Source: an uncultured Nitrospiraceae bacterium (GTDB taxonomy: Bacteria > Nitrospirota > Nitrospiria > Nitrospirales > Nitrospiraceae). From it: a stretch of 64,000 nt of DNA. A program made the translations under genes and the position numbers. Position 1 is the first letter of the stretch. The number at the start of each line of letters is the position of its first letter. The notes below the pieces were generated by a model that saw only the letters and a program-made list of their open reading frames with translations, was not told the DNA's origin and did not search any database. The stretch is taken from positions 864,001 through 928,000 of the forward strand of contig CAVPLT010000001.1 in assembly GCA_963706325.1 (NCBI GenBank), in the 5' to 3' direction. Below, one piece after another: positions 29,422 to 38,628 of the stretch.

Positions 29422-30633
29422 GTGGTGAAGCACCTTCATTTCGACTGTTTCTCGGGCGTCAGCGGCGACATGATTTTGGGTGCGCTGGTGCATGCGGGCT
29501 TGCCGTTCAAGGACTTGGTACGCGGTCTTGCCCGGTTGCAAATCGAAGGGTTTCGTCTCACGCAGAAGTCGGTGGAACGCGGGGCTCTTTCGGCGATGAA
29601 AGTCGATGTGCTGATCGACAAAGGCTTTCGAGCTCCGTTGACGCTGGCGCAAATCAAACGGATTCTTCAGAAAAGCGGATTGCCTGCCGTCGTTAAAGAA
29701 CAAAGCCAGGCGGTGTTCGATCGATTGGCCGATGCCGAGGGAAAGGCCCACGGCGTTGAGCCGTCGAAGGTGCATTTTCACGAGGTAGGCGTCATCGATT
29801 CTTTCGTCGATGTCGTCGGCGGTGTCCTGGGTCTGCACCTGATGGGGATTCAGCGCGTGACGGCCTCCGCAATCAATGTGGGATCCGGTACCCTCACGTC
29901 AGCCCACGGTTCCTTGCCTGTGCCGGGACCGGCGGTCGCCGCGCTCGCTGTCGGACTTCCCATTTATGCTCAAGGCCCAGCACGTGAGCTCGCGACGCCG
30001 ACCGGCGTCGCATTGGTGCGTACCTTGGCTACAGAATTCGGTTCCTTGCCTCGAATGCAGGTGCGTCATGTTGGATATGGAGCCGGCACGGCCGATCCGG
30101 CTCAGTGGCCGAACGTGTTACGAGTCTTTGTCGGCGACGCAGCGGACAGGGAGGTCGGTTCAGTGGAGACGATCGTGGAACTTCAGACGAACATCGACGA
30201 CCTCAACCCGCAAGTCTACGAGACCGTGTTCGAGCGGGTGTTTGCGGCCGGCGCCGTGGATGTCACGCTCGCGCCCGTGATGATGAAAAAGGGTCGACCC
30301 GGCAATGTGTTGTCCGTACTGGCGCCTCGCGAGAAGGCCGAGGCCGTGTTAGCGGTGTTGTTCGCCGATACGACGGCATTGGGCATTCGGACCCAGGAGG
30401 TGCAGCGACGGGTCTTGCCGCGTCGGTTCACCTCGGTCCAAGTGGAGGGGCACGATGTTCGCATCAAATTGGCGGACCAGGAGCCGGGGCGCGTCAAGGC
30501 GTTACCTGAATACGAAGATTGCCGACGCATTGCGGAACAAAGCGGGCGTCCGGTGAAGGATATTCTCGAGACGGCGATGCGGATATATCGTCAGTCGCAA
30601 GACAAACGGCGAAGGGTCAAAGTGAGCAAGTGA
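29422..30633 (+). CDS. larC: Nickel-pincer cofactor nickel insertase LarC
   Basis: DCFSGVSGDMILGAL, VHFHEVG, ELATPTG, QTNIDD, MKKGRPG, PEYEDC. Confidence 0.95.
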   Translation: MVKHLHFDCFSGVSGDMILGALVHAGLPFKDLVRGLARLQIEGFRLTQKSVERGALSAMKVDVLIDKGFRAPLTLAQIKRILQKSGLPAVVKEQSQAVFDRLADAEGKAHGVEPSKVHFHEVGVIDSFVDVVGGVLGLHLMGIQRVTASAINVGSGTLTSAHGSLPVPGPAVAALAVGLPIYAQGPARELATPTGVALVRTLATEFGSLPRMQVRHVGYGAGTADPAQWPNVLRVFVGDAADREVGSVETIVELQTNIDDLNPQVYETVFERVFAAGAVDVTLAPVMMKKGRPGNVLSVLAPREKAEAVLAVLFADTTALGIRTQEVQRRVLPRRFTSVQVEGHDVRIKLADQEPGRVKALPEYEDCRRIAEQSGRPVKDILETAMRIYRQSQDKRRRVKVSK

Positions 30634-30691
30634 AAGTCGCGACTGTCGTCGTCTCCGTGTTCCTGCGCCCTTCCCTCTCACGAGGCCTCCG

Positions 30692-31705
30692 GTGACAATC
30701 CTCTTCTATGCGGGATTGTTTCTGGCCTCGGTCATCATCACCCTCGCGGGATGCCATCTCTTCACGAATGGAATCGAATGGCTGGGGAAGCGACTGAACA
30801 TTTCCGAGGGCGCGGTAGGGAGTGTGTTTGCGGCGGTGGGGACGACTCTGCCGGAGACTTCAATACCGATCATCGCGATTTTTTTCGGGGCCGGTCGCGA
30901 GCAGGCGGAAGTCGGGTTAGGAGCGATACTCGGGGCGCCGTTTATGCTCAGCACGCTGGTCTTGCCGATTCTGGCGTTCCTGCTGTTGCTCTATGCCAGA
31001 ATTGGGAAACGGACCGCGACCTTCAAGCTCAACTATGGCGACGTGCGGGTCGATATCATATTTTTTCTCATCGCGTATGTCCTGGCGTTAACCTGTGCTT
31101 TCAGTCCCTCGCGTCTGCTTCATGCAGTCGTTGCGATCGCCCTGATCGGCCTCTACGTGTACTATATGAAACTCAAATTCTCGGCGGAGGATGAGGAATC
31201 CGAGGGGGGTGGTGCACTCGAGCCGTTGCTGTTTGCGCGCAGGTCGCCTCGTCCGACATATGTCGTGATCGCGGCGCAAGGTATAGTCGGACTGTTGGGG
31301 TTGGTCGGAGGAGCGCACCTGTTCGTGACTGCGGCGAATTCCATTTCAACGGAAATGCAAGTCTCGCCGCTGATCCTCGCATTACTGATCGCGCCCTTGG
31401 CTACCGAGTTGCCGGAAATGTCCAATAGCTTTCTCTGGCTCTATCGCAAGAAGGATCGGTTGGCTGTCGGTAATGTCACCGGCGCTATGGTCTTTCAGGG
31501 CATGATTCCCGTGTCGGTCGGATTGCTTGGTACCGAATGGGTGCTGGGAACAACGGCGGTGGCGACCATGGTCCTGGCCGTATTCGCTATGGGGATGAAT
31601 TTGCTGCAAGTGCTATGGTCCGGTCAGTGGCGCCCCTGGTTGCTGAGCGCCAGCGCCATCCTGTACCTTGGGTACACACTGTTTCTGTACACACATGGCT
31701 CATAA
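30692..31705 (+). CDS. Sodium:calcium antiporter (CaCA family)
   Basis: Alpha repeats AVGTTLPE and LATELPE; about 10 TM segments. Confidence 0.88.
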   Translation: MTILFYAGLFLASVIITLAGCHLFTNGIEWLGKRLNISEGAVGSVFAAVGTTLPETSIPIIAIFFGAGREQAEVGLGAILGAPFMLSTLVLPILAFLLLLYARIGKRTATFKLNYGDVRVDIIFFLIAYVLALTCAFSPSRLLHAVVAIALIGLYVYYMKLKFSAEDEESEGGGALEPLLFARRSPRPTYVVIAAQGIVGLLGLVGGAHLFVTAANSISTEMQVSPLILALLIAPLATELPEMSNSFLWLYRKKDRLAVGNVTGAMVFQGMIPVSVGLLGTEWVLGTTAVATMVLAVFAMGMNLLQVLWSGQWRPWLLSASAILYLGYTLFLYTHGS

Positions 31706-32738
31706 ACGTCCGACGAGTCCGCAACGCCCCGTTTTGGGTCTCACCATGGGAGATCCCGCCGGAATCGGACCGGAGGTGATTGCCAAGGCATTGGCCGATA
31801 AGGCGTTGGCGCGCATGTGCTGCCCGGTGGTTGTGGGTTCCCGCGCCGTCATGGAACGAACGATCGCATCCATGCAACTGCCGCTGCAAGTGGTGGACTT
31901 CGATCCGGCGAACATCGCCCGACTGAAAGGTGGGCAGGTCGCGGTCGTAGATGCTTTGAAAAGTCCGCTGCCAAGATTTCGCATGGGTGTGGCGGCGGAT
32001 GTGACAGGAGCCGCCTCCATTGACTTCATTAAGGCTGCGGTCCGGCTTGCGCAGGCGGGCAGTCTGGCGGGAATCGTGACGGCGCCCATCAATAAAGAAG
32101 CCATGAACATGGCCGGTTACCACTACCCGGGGCATACGGAGTTGCTGGCAGATCTGACTCAGACCAAGGAATTCGGGATGATGATTGTCGGCGGGCCGCT
32201 GAAGATCATGTTCACGACTACGCACGTCGCGATCAATGCACTGTCCTCGATGTTGACCACGGAGCGTATTACGAAGGCTATTCGTCTCGCTCATCTTGGG
32301 CTGACGCGTTACTTCGGCATTGCGCGACCGAAAATCGGTGTGGCGGCACTGAACCCCCATGCGGGCGAACACGGGTTATTCGGCAATGAAGAGGCGACCA
32401 GCATCGTCCCGGCCGTGCAACAAGCCCGTGCCGCCGGAATCAAGGCCAGTGATCCGTTGCCGGCCGATACCCTATTTGGGAAGGCGGCCAGAGGCGCCTA
32501 CGATGGCGTCGTGGCGATGTACCATGATCAGGGACTGATCCCCTTGAAGTTGCTCGCCTTCGGGACCTGTGTGAATCTGACGGTGGGGCTGCCGATCATC
32601 CGGACGTCGGTCGATCACGGAACCGCCTACGATATTGCCGGTAAAGGGTTGGCCGAACACGGGAGTCTACTGGAGGCCGTCAAGGTCGCGGCCAGGTTGG
32701 CCCAATCTTGGTCGCCTACCCAGGGCCAGTCTCGGTAA
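31695..32738 (+). CDS. pdxA: 4-hydroxythreonine-4-phosphate dehydrogenase
   Basis: MGDPAGIGPE, TAPINK, GHTE, LNPHAGE, MYHDQG, RTSVDHGTA. Confidence 0.96.
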   Translation: MAHKRPTSPQRPVLGLTMGDPAGIGPEVIAKALADKALARMCCPVVVGSRAVMERTIASMQLPLQVVDFDPANIARLKGGQVAVVDALKSPLPRFRMGVAADVTGAASIDFIKAAVRLAQAGSLAGIVTAPINKEAMNMAGYHYPGHTELLADLTQTKEFGMMIVGGPLKIMFTTTHVAINALSSMLTTERITKAIRLAHLGLTRYFGIARPKIGVAALNPHAGEHGLFGNEEATSIVPAVQQARAAGIKASDPLPADTLFGKAARGAYDGVVAMYHDQGLIPLKLLAFGTCVNLTVGLPIIRTSVDHGTAYDIAGKGLAEHGSLLEAVKVAARLAQSWSPTQGQSR

Positions 32739-32760
32739 ATAAGAGGGAGTACGCATTGCC

Positions 32761-33069
32761 ATGTCAGAAAAGACCGCTTCGATCATCGATCAGCAGGTGA
32801 AGGAATTGGACGCGATTGCGAAGCGAACGGTCCAAGATTTTAATACCGTCTTGGGCGCAGAACGCATGGGGCAATGGAAGATCCGCACAGTGACATTGCT
32901 CCAGCAACTTGCGGGAAAGAAGGAGGCGGATGAACTGGCGAGCAAGGATCCCGGCCCCGCCTTCACCAACGATCTGATCGAGGAATTCACCGACGAAGTG
33001 GAGTGTTATCGTTCTTACCTGGTGGCGCTTGCAAAACGGCTCCGGGCGGCGGTTCCTCCGCAGCCCTGA
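32761..33069 (+). CDS. Hypothetical protein
   Basis: 102-aa ORF between pdxA and rsmA with GAGGGAG upstream. Confidence 0.7.
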   Translation: MSEKTASIIDQQVKELDAIAKRTVQDFNTVLGAERMGQWKIRTVTLLQQLAGKKEADELASKDPGPAFTNDLIEEFTDEVECYRSYLVALAKRLRAAVPPQP

Positions 33070-33085
33070 GAAGTGACGCGAGGCC

Positions 33086-33889
33086 ATGGCTCCCCCTTTC
33101 CCACCAGCACTGAAGCGACTCGGACAGAATTTCCTCATCGATCCGAACATCATCCGTAAAATCTTGACCGCGGCGGCGCTTGGTCCCGATGACCTGGTGC
33201 TGGAGATCGGGCCGGGTCGAGGGGCTCTGACGGCAGGCCTCTGCGCCGAAGCAGGACGGGTCATTGCCGTCGAGATCGATCCGCAGTTGCAGCCTCACCT
33301 TCAGAAAAATCTCGCACATTGCCGAAACCTGGATCTTCGAATTGAGGATGCATTAAAGTTTTCTTTCGACAGCTTGCCACCTCGCACGGTGGTGGTGGCG
33401 AATCTGCCCTACTACGCCTCCACCCCGCTCTTGTTCGCTCTGCTGGATGCCCGCGCTCAAGTGGATCGCATGGTTCTTATGCTACAGACGGAGGTGGCCC
33501 TTCGTCTGACGGCCAAGCCCAACAGCAAAGACTATGGAATTCTCTCGGTGCTGACGCAAGAGGCGGCAGATGTGGAGTTGGCCTTTCGCGTCTCCGCGAA
33601 TTGTTTCCGGCCGCGCCCGACGGTGGGGTCTGCCGTGGTGCGGTTGACTATCAAATCCCATGACGGGTTCGATCCGATTCGTCACGAACGATTTCGTCGG
33701 TTGGTGCGCGCGTCGTTCGCTCATCGTCGAAAAACATTGGTGAACTCGGTGCGTGATGAAGGATTTCCCGCGGATCGAATCGTCCGGGCAATGAATGTGG
33801 CAGGCGTGCCGTTGCAAGCCAGAGCTGAAATGTTGGACCTCGACACCTACCGAACGCTCGCACGCGCATTTGATCCGGATCCCTTGTGA
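33086..33889 (+). CDS. rsmA: 16S rRNA m6(2)A1518/1519 dimethyltransferase
   Basis: LGQNFL, LEIGPGRG, ANLPYY, RRKTL. Confidence 0.96.
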   Translation: MAPPFPPALKRLGQNFLIDPNIIRKILTAAALGPDDLVLEIGPGRGALTAGLCAEAGRVIAVEIDPQLQPHLQKNLAHCRNLDLRIEDALKFSFDSLPPRTVVVANLPYYASTPLLFALLDARAQVDRMVLMLQTEVALRLTAKPNSKDYGILSVLTQEAADVELAFRVSANCFRPRPTVGSAVVRLTIKSHDGFDPIRHERFRRLVRASFAHRRKTLVNSVRDEGFPADRIVRAMNVAGVPLQARAEMLDLDTYRTLARAFDPDPL

Positions 33890-33988
33890 TTTCTGACAAG
33901 TAAGCCTTGAAAGGTGGAGGGTTCAACGGTCTGTGCAACATTTCCCCTTTGTTTGAAAAGCCTTTTTCCCTGTGCTACGATCCGCCGC

Positions 33989-36421
33989 ATGGGTGTATCC
34001 ACCACGGCAAAGCGCGGTGACGCCCGCTCAGCCCCCTCCCGTTCCTCACATGTGAAGCGTGAAGTGATCGGGGTTCTCCTGATCGCAGCCGGCCTTTTGA
34101 TCCTGCTCAGTCTGGTGTCGTTCTTTCCAGGCGATGCCAAATCGATCGCGGCATCCGGATCAGCCGGCAATCAGCCCAAGAACATGATCGGGTCGGTGGG
34201 GGCACTGGTAGCGGCGGCGTCTTTTTATACGATCGGCGGAGCTGCCTATCTCTTTCCCATTCTGCTCGGGCTGCTCGGCGCCCGCTGTTTCATGCCCATT
34301 CCACTCACCGTCCGACTCAGAAATGCAGGCAGCGGTGTGGCGGCGATGGTCTGTTTGAGCGCATTCCTCCATTTGGAAGTCACCGCGGTTCCGACTATTT
34401 CGAGCGGATGGGTGAACCGCGGCATGGCCGGCGGGATAATCGGCCAAGTACTAGCCGACGGCCTTCGGAGTTATTTCGCCAACACCGGCGCACATATTGT
34501 GATCCTCACCGGCCTAGTAGTCGCGTTGCTGTTTACTGTGCCTGTTTCTCTGACCTTGCTGGTCCAGCGACTTCCCGAGTGGTGGGCTGGAGCCCGCGAA
34601 CAAATGGCAGGTTGGTTGCCGGAGTGGCCGACCAGTCAAGAAAGCCCTTCGAAACGGTCGCGTGTGAAGGCGCCCCGTGTGCCGCGTGAGGCTGAAGATC
34701 ACTCGTTCGACCGTGAAGTGGAGGTCGTGGCGGAAGCGGTGGACCAGATAGCAGTCCCCATGATTCCGCCAAAAATTCAGCCTCCGATCAAAGTGGAGAA
34801 ACGCTTGGCGTCTGCCGAAGAACCGGCAGCGGCTGTCGCAATGAGCCCCTCCGTGGCGGACGGATATGTGTTGCCGGATCCGCAAGAATTATTGAGCGAC
34901 CCATCCGGACCTCTCGCCCGCCTCAGCGATGCAGAGATCACGCAGCAATCTGAAATTTTGACCAAGGCCTTAAAAAGTTTCATGATCGACGGACGGGTGA
35001 CGGAAGTGCGACCTGGCCCGGTGGTGACCATGTATGAATTCGAACCGGCACCCGGCACGAAGGTCGCCCGTATCGTCAATCTCGCTGACGATTTGGCTTT
35101 AGCGTTGAAAGCCATCAGCCTGCGCATCGTGGCGCCGCTTCCCGGCAAATCGGTCGTGGGCATCGAAGTGCCGAATCCGCACCGCGAGACCGTCTCGCTC
35201 AAGGAAGTGGTCACTAGCGATTCATTTTCCCGATCTCGATCCAAGCTCAGCTTGGCTCTTGGCAAAGATATTTTTGGCGGCGCCGTCAGCGCGGATCTCC
35301 AGAAGATGCCCCACCTTCTCGTCGCCGGCGCCACGGGAGCCGGCAAGAGCGTGAGTTTGAACACGATGCTGCTCAGCATTCTGTTCAGCGCCAGACCCAA
35401 TGAGGTGAAACTCCTCCTCATCGACCCGAAAATGTTGGAATTCCAAAGTTACGACGGTATCCCGCATCTGTTGCGTCCGGTTATCACCGATCCCAAATCG
35501 GCCGCGCGTGGATTGGGATGGGTGGTGCAAGAAATGGAGCGGCGATACAAACTCCTGGCCGAGGCCGGGGTGCGCAGCATTGAGGCCTATAATCTCAGGA
35601 TCTCCCAGGTTCAAGGGGCAGTCTCGGATGTGTGGCAATCCGGCAAAGCGGAGCAGGTGGAACTGACGTTCCTTCCTGAAGAAGAGCGGCTTTCACAGGG
35701 AGAAAATGCCGAACCAGCGGGTGACAATGGGCCGACTGCTTCGGTCAAGCCTACTCCGCCGGAACCGTTACCCTATATCATGGTTATGATCGATGAGTTA
35801 GCGGACTTGATGATGGTCGCTCCGAAAGATGTCGAGGACAAGATTGCGCGCCTGGCGCAGATGGCCCGCGCGTCCGGGATTCATCTCGTGTTGGCTACTC
35901 AGCGGCCGTCGGTCGATGTATTGACGGGTCTCATCAAGGCGAACTTTCCTGCCCGCATCGCATTCCAGGTCTCCTCCAAGACCGATTCCCGCACTATTCT
36001 CGACGCCAATGGCGCAGAAGCCTTGCTGGGTCGCGGCGACATGCTGTATCTCGCCTCGGGAACCGGGAAATTGATGCGCATTCATGGGTCCTATGTGTCG
36101 GACGATGACGTGCGGCGGGTCGTGGAATTCGTTAAAAAGCAGGCCTTGCCTTCCTATTGCCGTGAGCTGCAATCGCTCAAGCTGGATGAAGCAGAGGAGG
36201 AGCAGGCCAAGGACGATGTGTATGAACAGGCCAAGGAGTTGGTATTGTCGACCGGACAAGCCTCCGCATCGCTGATTCAGCGGCGCCTGCGAGTGGGATA
36301 TCCTCGGGCCGCGCGCATGATCGAACAGATGGAAGCAGAAGGGGTAGTCGGAGCGGCGGGTCGGGATGGACGTCGGGAGGTCCTGGGTCGTCGCGGGCCG
36401 GTCGGAGGAGATGAGGCATGA
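33989..36421 (+). CDS. ftsK: DNA translocase FtsK
   Basis: N-terminal TM domain; PHLLVAGATGAGKS, IDELADLMM, ATQRPSVD, SLIQRRLRVGYPRAAR gamma domain. Confidence 0.97.
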   Translation: MGVSTTAKRGDARSAPSRSSHVKREVIGVLLIAAGLLILLSLVSFFPGDAKSIAASGSAGNQPKNMIGSVGALVAAASFYTIGGAAYLFPILLGLLGARCFMPIPLTVRLRNAGSGVAAMVCLSAFLHLEVTAVPTISSGWVNRGMAGGIIGQVLADGLRSYFANTGAHIVILTGLVVALLFTVPVSLTLLVQRLPEWWAGAREQMAGWLPEWPTSQESPSKRSRVKAPRVPREAEDHSFDREVEVVAEAVDQIAVPMIPPKIQPPIKVEKRLASAEEPAAAVAMSPSVADGYVLPDPQELLSDPSGPLARLSDAEITQQSEILTKALKSFMIDGRVTEVRPGPVVTMYEFEPAPGTKVARIVNLADDLALALKAISLRIVAPLPGKSVVGIEVPNPHRETVSLKEVVTSDSFSRSRSKLSLALGKDIFGGAVSADLQKMPHLLVAGATGAGKSVSLNTMLLSILFSARPNEVKLLLIDPKMLEFQSYDGIPHLLRPVITDPKSAARGLGWVVQEMERRYKLLAEAGVRSIEAYNLRISQVQGAVSDVWQSGKAEQVELTFLPEEERLSQGENAEPAGDNGPTASVKPTPPEPLPYIMVMIDELADLMMVAPKDVEDKIARLAQMARASGIHLVLATQRPSVDVLTGLIKANFPARIAFQVSSKTDSRTILDANGAEALLGRGDMLYLASGTGKLMRIHGSYVSDDDVRRVVEFVKKQALPSYCRELQSLKLDEAEEEQAKDDVYEQAKELVLSTGQASASLIQRRLRVGYPRAARMIEQMEAEGVVGAAGRDGRREVLGRRGPVGGDEA

Positions 36422-37140
36422 TGCGGATGTGTTCTCTGGTCCTACTGTTGCTGTGGAGTGGATTCCTGGTGGCTCCTCGAACGGCGACGGCTGACGAACA
36501 GGCGGTCGATGCGCAGGCATTGCAGGAAGTTCAGGAGGTGGTGAAGAAAATCCAAGTTCGCTATGAAAAGACGAAAGACTTGCAAGCCTCGTTCACTCAA
36601 AAAACGAGAATCGAAGGGTTTTCCACCCCTGTGATTTCAACCGGCCGTTTTTACATCAAGAAGCCGGGCCGTTTGCGCTGGGACTATATCGAGCCGGCAA
36701 CGGAAGAAATTTACGTCAACAAAGACGATGTCAAAATGTACGTGCCGGAGCACAAACAGGTGCTGGTCGGGAAGCTTACCTATATGGCTGCCTCGCAGGC
36801 CCCGTTGCAATTATTGCAGGGCGTGGCCAAACTGGACGAAGAATTTGATATCGAACCCACTGCAAACACAGAGCGTGGGGCGGGGGGCATTCCTCTCGTG
36901 TCTCTGACGCCGAAGCAGGGTCGCGCCGAGCCGGAGCGAGCGATACAGAAAATCGTCATTGAAGTGCAACCCAAGACCTATTTTCTGAAGACCATCGCGT
37001 TGCATGAGGTCAGCGGCAATATCGCCACCTTCGAATTTACAGAACTGAAGCCGAACAGCGGATTAAAAGATGAGCTATTTGATTTCAAGACGCCGGCCGA
37101 TGTAGAAATCGTGAGGGCACCGGTGTTGAGCCGACCCTAG
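36418..37140 (+). CDS. lolA: Outer-membrane lipoprotein carrier protein LolA
   Basis: Signal peptide; KKPGRLRWDY; directly follows ftsK. Confidence 0.88.
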   Translation: MMRMCSLVLLLLWSGFLVAPRTATADEQAVDAQALQEVQEVVKKIQVRYEKTKDLQASFTQKTRIEGFSTPVISTGRFYIKKPGRLRWDYIEPATEEIYVNKDDVKMYVPEHKQVLVGKLTYMAASQAPLQLLQGVAKLDEEFDIEPTANTERGAGGIPLVSLTPKQGRAEPERAIQKIVIEVQPKTYFLKTIALHEVSGNIATFEFTELKPNSGLKDELFDFKTPADVEIVRAPVLSRP

Positions 37141-37266
37141 CAGGATGGTGAAAAAGTCCGCCAGCTTTGTTCTCGCATCGCGCAGAGGCTCAACGTACCG
37201 CAAGGGTACGCCTGCCTCTTTGCTCGCTGCGGCCTCGCCGGACGGCCTTTTTGACCATCCTGCTGG
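37137..37266 (+). mobile_element. MITE/REP-like element with ~24-bp imperfect terminal inverted repeats (best-preserved copy)
   Basis: CTAGCAGGATGGTGAAAAAGTCCG ... CGGCCTTTTTGACCATCCTGCTGG; internal palindrome CGTACC-GCAA-GGGTACG. Confidence 0.85.
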
Positions 37267-37362
37267 CTCTCCGGTTTTTCGGGCAGTGAGATGCTTCGAC
37301 AGTCCGCAGGAAACAGGCAAGACTCAATGATGAATGATGAATTCTGACTTGATGAGGGAAGC

Positions 37363-38121
37363 ATGAACCAGGTCTGCGTGAACAGCGTCACGGAAGCGGT
37401 AGAACGGGCTATTGCGGCGTTGGACCTCGATCGGTTGGAGCGGGACTATTGGGATCAGAACGAATTCCTCTACATTCCGGAGTTTCTGCCGCGAGACTTC
37501 GTGGAGGCGATGCTGGTCCCGCAGGCGCAGGTGCTCAAGTCAGGATTGAACCGCAACTACATCCCCGGGCATAAGAAGGGCGGGAGTGTCAGCTACTATG
37601 CGGTGAGGGGCCAGGCACCGCAATTTATCGAGCTGTATCGATCAGAGGCTTTGCGAGCAATGCTCAACCGGTTGACGAAGGTCAACCTCCTGCTTTGCCC
37701 CGACAATGACCCCCATTCCTGCGCGCTGTATTACTACACGGAAGCCGGTGATCATATCGGGTACCATTACGATACGTCGTATTACAAAGGCGCCCGTTAT
37801 ACCATTTTGATGGGATTGTTGGACCAGTCGAAGCACTGCCGGCTGGTGTGCGATCTATTCAAAGACGTGCCGGGTAAACAGCCCGTTCATCGTGAGATAG
37901 CCACCGCCCCCGGCGATCTGGTGATCTTCAATGGCGATAAGCTCTGGCATGCAGTCACTCCACTTGGAGCCCAGGAGGAGCGGATTGTGCTGACGATGGA
38001 GTACGTCACGAATCCGGACATGGGCGCATTCAAGCGGCTCTATTCCAATCTCAAAGATTCCTTCGCCTACTTCGGATTACGCTCCGTCTTCAAGCGGTCC
38101 GCTCCCGATTCACGCGCATAA
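37363..38121 (+). CDS. Fe(II)/2-oxoglutarate-dependent dioxygenase
   Basis: HYD..H facial triad (IGYHYD..WHAVTP) and distal Arg (ERIVL). Confidence 0.8.
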   Translation: MNQVCVNSVTEAVERAIAALDLDRLERDYWDQNEFLYIPEFLPRDFVEAMLVPQAQVLKSGLNRNYIPGHKKGGSVSYYAVRGQAPQFIELYRSEALRAMLNRLTKVNLLLCPDNDPHSCALYYYTEAGDHIGYHYDTSYYKGARYTILMGLLDQSKHCRLVCDLFKDVPGKQPVHREIATAPGDLVIFNGDKLWHAVTPLGAQEERIVLTMEYVTNPDMGAFKRLYSNLKDSFAYFGLRSVFKRSAPDSRA

Positions 38122-38174
38122 ACTACTCACTAGGGCTGTATGCAAAGCCACTGTCCGCACTGAGCCCTCCACGG

Positions 38175-38624
38175 TCACGCGACGAACTGGTCCTTGAAGA
38201 GCGTGTGGTTATCGACGGCGCATTTCAGGACACGCAGGAGATCCTGCCTGGAAACCGGTTTCACCAAATAGTCTCGCACGCCCATCTTCATCAGAGTGAT
38301 AGCAAGGTCGCAATCCGGATACCCCGTCAGCACAATCACGGGAATCGACGGAAAATGTGTCCTGAAGAAATGGATCGCATCGATCCCATTGATGCGCGGC
38401 ATGCGGATGTCGCACAGAATCGCGTCGACCGTCAGGGGATTGTCTCCGTCGCCCAGGGCGGTGATGGCTTCCCCTCCGTCGCCGGCCTCGACGACTTCAT
38501 AACCTGCTTGCAATAGCGCAATTCGAATCGGCTTGCGAATAGGCAGCTCGTCATCCACGACGAGAATCCGTCCCTCTGATGCACGAGCAGGAAGGTGTAG
38601 GGGTTCAGACATGGCATGCCTCAT
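38175..38624 (-). CDS. Single-domain response regulator
   Basis: LVVDDE, CDIRMP, VLTG, YLVKP. Confidence 0.92.
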   Translation of the reverse strand: MRHAMSEPLHLPARASEGRILVVDDELPIRKPIRIALLQAGYEVVEAGDGGEAITALGDGDNPLTVDAILCDIRMPRINGIDAIHFFRTHFPSIPVIVLTGYPDCDLAITLMKMGVRDYLVKPVSRQDLLRVLKCAVDNHTLFKDQFVA

Positions 38625-38628
38625 TGGC

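Noticed and set aside
29251..29838. N-terminal extension of ORF 28678..29838
   Set aside because: Antisense shadow of larC; the plausible start is ATG 29250 before the signal segment
37137..37391. Short ORFs at 37075-37391 and 28310-28627
   Set aside because: They are translations of the MITE-like repeat, with no independent coding evidence
37363..38121. BesD-type radical halogenase
   Set aside because: The iron ligand motif is HYD with the carboxylate retained; halogenases have Gly/Ala at that position
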